Assembly (NCBI GenBank): GCA_053919585.1
Contig: CM132784.1
Length of the DNA stretch: 64,000 nucleotides
Source: Euprymna scolopes
Taxonomy: Eukaryota
Strand: one strand, 5' to 3'
Below, piece after piece: positions 49,560 through 60,001 of the stretch (its first letter is position 1; every line of letters starts with the position of its first letter). A model generated the notes under the pieces. That model searched no databases. It was not told the origin of the DNA and worked only from the letters and a program-made list of their open reading frames with translations. Position numbers and translations under genes: made by a program.

Positions 49560-52500
49560 TTAGTCGTGGCCGAATATCGACTGACAACTTACGGTTTAGT
49601 CTTCCGGTATTTATTAAGATTGAAATAGACTATTAGTAGGTAATATAGGTTAACTACGCCACAACACCCCCTCGCAAGCTGATAACTCCGGACGGTGTAT
49701 CAGTATTTCTCCCTCTTCAGATGGACCATGAATAGTTCGGTGATTTTCCTATTTCTGCCCGAAGGTAGTGATTTTGGTGTGATTTGGGAAAGCCTAGTCT
49801 CAAACGTGTTGTAAACGGTCTCAATAGGCTTTAAGTCTTCCGGATGACCCTTTTCTTGGTCCTCATTCATACATTTGCATATCTGGTTCATATACTTTTT
49901 GTGTGTGAATTTTGACCTATGGATTATATAGATCACATTTCTGATCATCTGTATTGCTTTTCCCAGCCCCCCCCCAAAAAAAAACGTTATTTTTAAGTAC
50001 TTGAAGTACACTTTTCTCCGTATTGCATTTTGTGTTCATGGTACTGTAGATGCTTTCCTATGTGTGGTTTGTCTTGGTAGCAATTTCTCAAATACTGATC
50101 TGATTTTACAGTCAAACATAATCTCCTCTGGTGAGTTGCACGCTGGGGTGTTAGAGTTTGCTATTATCCTGTATACTTGAGGAAACGGCTGTAAAGATCA
50201 ATAAGTTTTTAATTGTTTCGTCTTTCCCTATAATGTGACGTTCGCTAAAAATTAACCTTCGAAGTTACGTTAAAGGACTTTGCTGTTTTGTGAGTTCTCT
50301 GAATTGTGCGTTTATTCAATTTCATCTAGGTATTTAAATTTACTATCGAAATGTCTGAACCCAAATTGAGTTGCATTTTTATTTCTTTATATTGAATTTT
50401 TATAGTCACATATTTTCGCAACCCTTCTTCGTTATTTTCAGTCTCTGCCACGCACACTCGTGTTTTGTATTTAATTTTATTTCTGCTGTGAATACCTTTG
50501 TGTGTAATTTTTTACTTATTAAACATGATAAATATGGACAGTCCTTAACTTAATGCAAATTACACGATCGATTACACGGAGACAGGATTTTTACATTCTT
50601 GATACGTTTCGATATGTGTATCCTTTTTTCCTAACTTGTGTTTTATCTTTTACGTGTTTTCTTTTTTTAAAATTGTTTATCTGCTTTTGTATCTGCGCGA
50701 CTTTAGCTTCGATATCCATTGAGTCATTTTTAATAATTTCTATTTTCTGACTGTCTTCCGTTAACTTTTGTAAGGTTAGATTTAGTTCATTTTCTAATTT
50801 TGTTGGGACACGCCTTCTAATTTCCGCGTCTTGACCAGAAGTCAGCTCTTACATAAATAATAAACATTTAAAATTGTCTGCACCAAGGTCTACAAGTTTG
50901 AACGTGTCGCAATATTTATTTACCATGGCTTCGTACGTTGCGAAATCATCTTCGTCATTTTACTGCAAATTCAGGAATGACCAATACTTATGGAATAAAG
51001 AGACTTTCGGGCTAAATAGTTCCTTAAAAAAACACCGTCTCGGCGAAAGATAATTTCGACATTTTACGTGGTAAAATAAAATCCACAAACTTCTTATGCT
51101 CTAGTATTTCTAGTCCGACCATTTTTTGCAGTCGACACTAAAAAAATCTTCATATCAACGAAAATAAGCTTCGAATGATTTATCTTCTTCAGGTCCGTAG
51201 AAGAAAATATCAATCGCATTCCATATCGAGTCTTGTGATAATGCGGTAGTATTATCGGTAAACGCATTAGTTTTATTGAGTTGCATAAACATCTCTTCCA
51301 TGAGCTGTTGTTGCTGTTGTTGTCTTTCATCTGAGCATTTCTAGTGTTCAAATAATTGTTGTTGTCTATTATTAGGCATTACTAGTGTTCAAATAATTGT
51401 TGTTGTCTATTATTAGGCATTACTAGTGTTCAAATAATTGTTGTGGTCTATTATAAGGTATTACTAGTGTTCAAATAATTGTTGTGGTCTATTATAAGGC
51501 ATTACTAGTGTTCAAATAATTGTTGTTGTCTATTATTAGACATTATTAGTGTTCAAATAATTGTTGTTGTCTATTATTAGACATTACTAGTGTTCAAATA
51601 ATTGTTGTGGTCTATTATAAGGCATTACTAGTGTTCAAATAATTGTTGTTGTCTATTATTAGGCATTACTAGTGTTCAAATAATTGTTGTGGTCTATTAT
51701 AAGGTATTACTAGTGTTCAAATAATTGTTGTTGTCTATTATTAGGCATTACTAGTGTTCAAATAATTGTTGTTGTCTATTATTAGACATTATTAGTGTTC
51801 AAATAATTGTTGTTGTCTATTATTAGGCATTACTAGTGTTCAAATAATTGTTGTGGTCTATTATAAGGTATTACTAGTGTTCAAATAATTGTTGTTGTCT
51901 ATTATTAGGCATTACTAGTGTTCAAATAATTGTTGTTGTCTATTATTAGACATTATTAGTGTTCAAATAATTGTTGTTGTCTATTATTAGGCATTACTAG
52001 TGTTCAAATAATTGTTGTGGTCTATTATAAGGCATTACTAGTGTTCAAATAATTGTTGTTGTCTATTATTAGACATTATTAGTGTTCAAATAATTGTTGT
52101 TGTCTATTATTAGGCATTACTAGTGTTCAAATAATTGTTGTTAATATCGTTATTGTTGTGCTTTTTTAATTTTAATAATTGTTCCAATGTACTCTGTAAG
52201 CGTCTAACTTGTATGGTTGGTTTTATAGTATTTCTGTACTGAATGTACGGAAATTAGCAAAACCGTTTTCATATCAGGTTTTAGTATTGTAAGAACAACT
52301 GGAGAAAAGGGAACAGTAATTTGCTTCTTTAAATAACTTTGCAAATGAAAGTTGACCATAGTTTTAAATTCGAAGCGAATGCTGGGAGTAATTTAAATTC
52401 GAGTGACCTTTGAAATGCGACGTCGCCACTGTTATAGCGCTGTTAAAGTGGCAAACGAAAGCAGAACATCCAAATAAAGTAACAACATCTATTGCAAAAC

Positions 52501-52856
52501 ATACACTAGGTGGATTGTTCGTCGGTTACGAGGAATGACCTAGGTCGGTCACCCGGATACTGACTGGTTATTTATTTGTTTCCCACGAAACAAAATGTGA
52601 CACAAGGTCGGTTTAATATGGGAGATAACCAGCCCCCTCAAAAGGGGATTCTGCAAAAATAGAATTGCCTCAGTATAGAAATATTTCCCCCTCCATTGAC
52701 CGAGGACAATTAATTTGAGTGCAGCATCTGTGCAGACACCACACTTCAGTGACCAGCCCAGTACGAGTACCGGGTGTCGGCTGACATCTTACGACTTGGA
52801 CGTCTTATGTTTATTGAGTCTATTAATAGGCAAAACAGGTTAGTTCCGTCACAACA
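49560..52856 (-). mobile_element. Internally deleted, old Ty3/Gypsy LTR retrotransposon (K02A2.6/Mag-like gag-protease plus integrase C-terminus)
   Basis: 5' LTR 52856->52430 (TG..CA), then PBS TGGCGACG at 52428-52421. Gag remnants SFEAYFR*YEDFF, EHKKFVDFILP, SLFHKYW, DNFKCLLF and DAEIRRRV..KLENELNLTLQ. Protease-like MQLNLGSDISIVN. Integrase tail SPEEIMFDCKIRSVFEKLLP. PPT gagggg with the 3' LTR starting at 49666, homologous to 52770-52856. Confidence 0.85.
51341..52142. repeat. 41-bp tandem satellite, ~19.5 copies
   Basis: Unit ctagtgttcaaataattgttgttgtctattattaggcatta with period 41 (51341, 51382, 51423...). Only a few shared variant positions. Confidence 0.97.
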
Positions 52857-53155
52857 TTGACCCACCACACGTAACTTCTCGTTACGATTGTGACATCTTT
52901 CACGTGATCGTCCTTTTTTTAGTCTTTCTTTTACCCTACCCATGACGTCATTTCGCATGCATCCGTATACACGCGTCCGTACTCTTGTGAAATATTATAT
53001 GTTGCTTTTAAGCTTTGTTACATGATATATATTAGTGCTAACCTGTTTGATTCGGGGAATTAATTTGACTCGTCCTGGGAGAGCAAATTTTAGTCATTTT
53101 CTTTAAAAAAATGCCAAATCCTTTTCTTATTTGTTGTTTTCGTTTAATCTGTCTA

Positions 53156-53678
53156 CTAGGGGGATAAGCCCGGCTTTCCCGGGTCGAAAAATACGCTTAA
53201 ATATATATTAATTCATGCAGACTTCGTGTTTATTATTACAAGGACAATTCTTAATTGAATTCTATATTGTACTTAATATATATTACTGATTTCCAAAAAT
53301 TTTAAAAATGACTTGGTTACCATCAGATATAATCAAAGCCAAAGAATTTAGAACTCTAGTCGCGTCTTCTACCAATGTAGCTATGGAGAGATAGATAAGA
53401 AAGATTTAATACTAAATGCCTTGAAGAAATGAATTGAATTTGGGCATGCGCGGCAAGTTGAAATAGGCAGTTTGCATTTCAACTAACCGATATATACGTG
53501 TATATGTTATTCGTTCATCCCAAAAAGAATGTACTTGTTATAAATCATCCTTGGCGAATTATTCCACTTTCTTGTTAATTTCTGTTTTACGTTATCAGTA
53601 GTTTAACAGTTTATGAGTTAAATATTTACACACAGATACACAGCCAGACATCGACATCTACTGATTTATTTATATAGA
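53156..53678 (-). mobile_element. Non-autonomous Helitron-like element (family H4)
   Basis: A|CTAG...TAGA|T boundaries, hairpin cccggctttcccggg, and tRNA-like tagctacattggtaga on the minus strand at ~53365-53390. Confidence 0.75.
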
Positions 53679-54010
53679 TTACTTGTGCACGTTACACAAC
53701 TACAGTCGTGGGTACATGATTTCGGTGGCGTAAGGGTTTAATAGACGATTTATTGTTTATGTGAATGTTTCGAATAGGAAGAATATTTCGTTCAATCATT
53801 TTACCACTTCTGTCATTTCAAAATCATCACGATTTATTGGTTCCTGGCACGATACTTAGGATTATTTTCTCTGCCGTCAAAACTGAATGGATTTTTCTGT
53901 TCTTTCCATTTATTGGTGATGAGTTATCGCTCCATTTTTGAGTCAATCATATTTAACTATCTCCAACCTCCGATGATTTCTATCTCGGTATAATGATATA
54001 TCTATCTATC

Positions 54011-55225
54011 TTTTTTTTTACGTGGAGGTCACCACTTACCAAGGCCCGAAGGCCACTCAGGGATAAGGCTTATTGTGTGTACAGTAATCAATGAGATAGT
54101 ATTGTAGTAATCATTAGTATTGGGGATTTTGATAGAGTGTCTTACTTAAGGGGGAGGTTTGTGAGGAGTTTGTCTATGTTGGACTTGAAGACGTCCAAGT
54201 TGTAGTCAGGTGGGAAACAGGCAAGCGGCAGAGAGTTCCACTGGCGTGTAGTTCTAAGAAAGAGGCTTTGCTCATGGAATCTACATTTGGATTTAGGCAC
54301 AGATAAAGAGTGGGGAAAATTATTGATAGTAGTTTCAGCCAGACGGGTGTTTCTCGTGAAATATTGGCGAAGGCGGACGAGGGATTGGAGCTCAGACGAG
54401 CACCTTCTATGGAAATAACGATAAAACAAAGACAGGGCTCGCAACGTCTCTTCTGTGGGAGAGAGTTTGCAGGGAAGAGAAAAGGGCATCCCCACTAAAC
54501 CACGAAGTCTATTTTGTACTCTGTCAAGGCAGGATAGGCTATTTTTAGCAGCTCCTGTCCAGATGTGGCAACAGTACTCCATCCTTGGACGTACTTGGCT
54601 TTTATACAGATAAAGAATTGCATCAGTAGTGAGATATCTTCTGGAACGGTAGAAGGATCCCACCATCTTTCCAGCGACCCTGGCAACAGATTTCATGTAC
54701 GTGTACCATTTCAGATCAGGAGTAAAGGTCAAACCCAGAAGCTTGTCAAAACATGGAGCCTCTCCAAGACGAGAGCCATCAATTTCAATTGATGGCAGAT
54801 GGGGATCAGAGCGTTGATGATGTAAAGATAGAAGCTTGGTTTTGGATGCATTAAAAGTGACAAGCCACCTCTTTCCCCATTGCACCACGTGCTCAAGATC
54901 AGAGGAGAGAGAATTAGAGAGAACAGTGTCATTTACGGCCTTTGATGTGTTGCCATAGATGGTCGTGTCATCAGCATAGATATCAACGAATGATTTAAGT
55001 ATGTGTTTTGGGAGATCATTGATGTAGATCAGGAAGAGAGTTGGGCCCAGGATGGACCCCTGGGGAACTCCAGCATTAATACTGTGGGCCTCTGATTTCT
55101 GCCCATCAATCACTACTCTTATGAACCTATCGGAGAGAAATGATTTAATGATTGAGAAAACATTTCCAGTAATACTGTAGCTGAAAATCTTGTGAAGTAG
55201 GCCCTTATGCCATACCTTATCGAAT
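54011..55225 (-). mobile_element. 5'-truncated CR1/Zenon-type LINE (family A copy 3)
   Basis: ORF 54142-55242 runs FDKVWH..GVPQGSILGP..YADDTT..LPLK. 3' UTR and A-tail at ~54011-54141. Confidence 0.95.
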
Positions 55226-56219
55226 GCACCCGATCGTGACAATCCGTCTCGCTTATTCTACAATATTTTGTTCAGTTGTCAGAGTAGTCACTAGTCATGT
55301 GCTATAGATTTCGTCCGCGTTTCCGAAGGCTTTCAGAAGCTTTCGTTTACTAGTCTATTTTATTTTGTTATCTATCTTTTTGTATTACGTTTTGGTTTGC
55401 TGTACTCTTAATTACTGCTTTCTTGTGTTTCTCCAATGTTTATGTCCTAACTAGCATTAGAGCAGTTATTTAACAGATTTTAAGAAATTTAACAGATTTA
55501 AGAGAGAATGCTAAAGAGAGCGCCTGCCAATTATGATACTCAGATCTTTCTTTCTGAGCCCAACGCTTTGTATATCTGTTCACATTTTCGTGTACATTGC
55601 AACATAATGCACCTGCTTAATAAACTTAATTAAATTACTATAGTAACATTTGTATTAACTTAAAGAAATTAAACACACACACACACATATATATATATGT
55701 ATATATAATCACGTAAAATAAGAAAATATTTCAGATTAAAAATTGCAAAATGCTGTAAACTTAAAATCAATATAAATATTCGTATTAATATTTATAAGAA
55801 AATCACTCCCAGATGAAAAAAAGCTCAATATAGAAGATAGAGCAATAGTATGAGTAAAATTCTGTAAATTAATAAATTGACAACAGATTTAATGTCTGTC
55901 AAGGAACACAAATATTTAAACAAAATGTTCTTATTCGATGGAGAATCAATAAATAGCTCGTATCTTCAGCAAAATAATATTTCTATGTAGCACATTGAAA
56001 ACTAACGTTTGTATGCAAGTTTATAAGAATCACATATTAAGAGGATATTTCAAGATGAAGTCTATGCTCAGTGAAGAAATGTAGAAACATGGTAGTATAA
56101 TACAAGGCCACAAGAAGTATGGTGGTATATCAAGAAAAGAAAAAGTTGATGTTCATATGATCTAATGCAAAAGAATATATAATAGGATTAAATTCACGAC
56201 AAAAATAATATCGCAACAG

Positions 56220-56296
56220 ACTTGCTGCAATAAACAAAACATTTACTGAAAAACTCTAAGTAGTTTTTCAGTAAATGTTTTTTTATTGCAGCAAGT
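56220..56296. repeat. Hairpin with ~35-bp arms
   Basis: acttgctgcaataaa..aaaacatttactgaaaaact is mirrored by agtttttcagtaaatgttttttattgcagcaagt. Confidence 0.8.
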
Positions 56297-56455
56297 TTAA
56301 AAGTTTATTATAAATTAATTATAAATTAATATGCGAATAGTACACGAGAGAAGAAAAACAGTAAACTCCCATCAGATATTAAAACATAAATGAATAATTA
56401 TTGAATAATAACTTTGTTGTGAATTTTTAAGTTACAGAATTTAATTTCAAATCTT

Positions 56456-56523
<68 letters not shown>

Positions 56524-56526
<3 letters not shown>

Positions 56527-56740
56527 CCTGATGAATCCTAGCGTGGATGAATCTAAATAAGCCTGATGAATTCTAGCGTGGATGAAACGCGGAATATTCT
56601 GTGTAGCTTAATTACCATATATATTTTATAACTTACTAACTAGCTCTACCTACGTATTGAGCACTGTTGAAGTCAATACTTAAAATTTACGCATAAATTT
56701 ATACGTTCGTATATTAATTTATGTGATTAAATTAAGTAGT
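56524..56740 (+). mobile_element. Penelope-like terminal repeat with duplicated CTGATGA hammerhead-like start
   Basis: 35-bp direct duplication of taagcctgatgaat(c/t)ctagcgtggatgaa. The body matches the reverse complement of 21935-22100. Confidence 0.65.
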
Positions 56741-57595
56741 CATATATATATATATATATATATAATCCTACTTGTATGTCAGTATCTATCTTTCTTTTTA
56801 CTTTTACATTTGTATATCTGTCTGTCTGCGCGGCATAATCTATATATACATTACTTCCGATATGTTAATATCTATCAGTTCCAATTAGTGAGAACGAAAG
56901 AGAGACAGAAATTAAGAGGGGGAAAAAGAGAGAGGAGAGAAAAATGACAGATTGATAGAGAGAGAGAGAGAGAAAGAAAGATAGAAAGAGAAAGAGAGAG
57001 AGAGAGAGAGATCTGAGTAAAAAATGGAAGATGGAAAGAAACTGAGAAATAATCGATGGCGAGAGGAACGCTGTATAGCTAGATAAAAAAATAATAATGA
57101 AAAAAAAAGGACAAATGTATTTTACCCTTCAGGAATTCATTTGAATGCAATTTTGTTTCTGTTCGAGATGCTCCCATTGAAAGCCAAGAGAAGTAACTAC
57201 ATTACATGAGTGTAATTGCGTGTGTTACAACACTTATGGGGAAAATTGACGTTATGTAAATAAAAAAGGCAAAAAAATCAGGTAAATTGTAAGGCATAAT
57301 GAAGTAAAGGAAAATCGCATATTCCCACGTAGACACACACACATACACACACACATACACACATATATATATATATGTGTGCTTGTGTGTGTATGTGTGT
57401 GCATGTTTGTGAGAATGTGTCTGCTTATATATTTAAATATATTAATTTATTTCCTCAATTTTTCTTTTGTAATGCGTGGAAAAACATAAATGAAATATAA
57501 TATTCTCTTACAAAGACGGAACAATAGGTAGATTCAATAAAATAGCTGCACGCAAAACACGCACGCTTGCACACACATAGATTCATACAGCTAAA

Positions 57596-57628
<33 letters not shown>

Positions 57629-58106
57629 AGAGAGAGAGAGAGAGAGAAAGATAGAGAGATAGACATAGTAAATTCTAAAATATTTTATGGCAAGTAAGCT
57701 ACACAAAAATGTCTATGTTTCATTCCCTTATGAAATCGTCGGCCTAAACTGCATTTTAGCCTGACGTTTCTATAAAGGATGAAAATCGAAATCTCCTGGG
57801 TAGCTTAATTGGCGTAAATATTTTTTTATTGCTTACGATCTAGTTGGCACATGTATTGAGAACTGTTCAAATTTAAACGGAAAGTCGATTTAACATATTA
57901 TATCTCCTTATAACATATATTTAAAATCTCAATATATATATAATTCACATACCCATCTTAACAGCAGCCGAATAGCGTAACGTCTAGGCGATTTAGTTTC
58001 AAACATGGCTTGAGGGAGTTGCTAGTCTAGCTGCACTGATAAGCTGTGGTAAAGCGAAGCGGTATTGTATGTGGATGCTATATATATATATATATATATA
58101 TATATA

Positions 58107-59008
58107 CTAGCATGGGTGCCCGGCGTTGCCCAGGCGTTTGAGGTGTGTGTTAAGCAAAAGAAACAAAAAAATAAAAACGAGTGGTAGTAAGACGGTACGC
58201 TCGAACCCGTACCACGAAGAAAGAAAAAGAACGTGAAATAAACCTGACGTCTTGGCTGTTACGACCACCGCCAAACTAGAAGTGACGTAGGTTAAAATTA
58301 AGGCTAGACAATCGAAAAGAGGGGGTGACTTTCGAAAATATCGGCGAAAAAAGCAACCCCTCCATGTAGAAAATGCCCAGTTGAGGGTGAAGAAATTAAT
58401 GTTTTTAATAAATTTTTCGGTATTTGTCGTCTGAAATGTCGAACTTCAAAACGATACTGATCTTGTAGAAATCCATCGCCTCTGTCGAAAGTTTTAGGCG
58501 GACAAGCAAACATACAGACATACATAGATTTATATATTTGTAGCTCAAATTTAGACCCAAACCGATTAAAAAGCTTGCCCTATCTCTGAATACCCTTTAT
58601 GTAAAATTTTAAATGTTTAGAGCAGAAATTTGGTAGAGACCGCAGAGGTCAATTTTTTAAAACTTTGACTCCTATTATGACCCCTTTAACATTTATTATT
58701 TTGGGGTCAAATCAAGTTATTAAGTTAGATCCATGTCCAAGGAACCTATATCTAAAATTTCAAGTTTTTAGACCCAACATTGGCGGGGGAGTTTGGTAGA
58801 GTTCTCAAAGGTCAAATCGTGGAACTTTGACCCCTTAACAGCCATATTTCTGGCCGAAAACGGATAACAAAGATTTTTCCAAATCTCACTACCCTGTATA
58901 TCAAATTTCGAGTCTGTAGACTTTAAATTGACAGAGTTATTGTGTAGGAAAATGTACACAGACAAACAGAAAGATAGACAGACACTTTCAATTTTATAGA
59001 TATATAGA
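58107..59008 (-). mobile_element. Composite non-autonomous Helitron-like element (family H3)
   Basis: A|CTAG at 58107 with a cccggcgttgccc hairpin-type end. TC start at 59008 with T flank. Collinear with 43235-44097. Confidence 0.8.
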
Positions 59009-59690
59009 TATATATAAACTTGGAAGTTTCTTTAAAACATTTAAAACTATAAAAAGATATCCTTCATTCGAACATCATTTGCCAGTAAGTAAATTAATCT
59101 TTCGTATAGCAAAATAGTTTTACCTACGTGAACGAACAATAGTACAAATGTTTTTTTAAACACTGTTTCAGGGATTAAAAAACAAAACAGTATATTAAAT
59201 CATGGCACCCCAGTAATGTTCATAAACACCACCTCCCTTAAAAAATACGAACAAATATTATTTTTAATACTGGATCTAGTTTTTTCCTCCACATAAATTT
59301 AGGCTAACCAATTCATGCCATTTTAAATATTCCTTACCTGTGTCTGCACNNNNNNNNNNNNNNNNNNNNNNNNNNNNNNNNNNNNNNNNNNNNNNNNNNN
59401 NNNNNNNNNNNNNNNNNNNNNNNNNNNNNNNNNNNNNNNNNNNNNNNNNNNNNNNNNNNNNNNNNNNNNNNNNNNNNNNNNNNNNNNNNNNNNNNNNNNN
59501 NNNNNTTGATTAAATGAATATGATTTAAAAGCATCAGGATACAGAGGAAGTTATTTATTAAACTGTTTAAATATTTTTTGACCAGTTTGTTTTATCATTC
59601 TTATTACTAAACTAACTACTGGGGGTATAAAATCTATGAAGCTTAGGGTAACACGAACTATTCTAAAAAATTCCGAAATAATGCTACCGT

Positions 59691-59732
<42 letters not shown>

Positions 59733-59942
59733 CACACATATATATATATAGGGTATGTGCTATTTTTGTGTGGTATACGGACTATTTTAAAGAGGAATAA
59801 GTTTCTTTTATCGAACATTTAATAAATCAATATTATATATCTCAATCCAGGAATGTAGTATTTGTTCCTCTATGTTCACAGTTTAATTCTAACTCCTTAT
59901 TTTTTCAACCTCCTCATTATTATTCATATATATAAGTCGTCA

Positions 59943-60000
<58 letters not shown>

Positions 60001-60001
<1 letters not shown>

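Larger units (their letters stand above)
8321..59505. other. Eight assembly gaps (N runs at ~8321, 9576, 14100, 14725, 22424, 29455, 34885, 59350)
   Basis: N runs of about 130-195 nt, directly visible. Confidence 0.95.

Noticed and set aside
51341-52142. CRISPR-like array
   Set aside because: The units are contiguous 41-mers with no unique spacers, there are no cas genes, and the context is eukaryotic. It is a satellite. The same applies to 2156-2291 and 29620-30830.
12716-54932. Antisense or alternate-frame ORFs overlapping LINE RT regions (e.g. 12716-12955, 23978-24301, 25045-25275, 54310-54792)
   Set aside because: They are shadow frames of RT coding sequence.
9813-57706. Numerous ORFs containing IYIYIY, CVCVCV, poly-C/G or X runs
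   Set aside because: They are translations of (TA)n, (CA)n and (CAA)n microsatellites or of N gaps, not genes.
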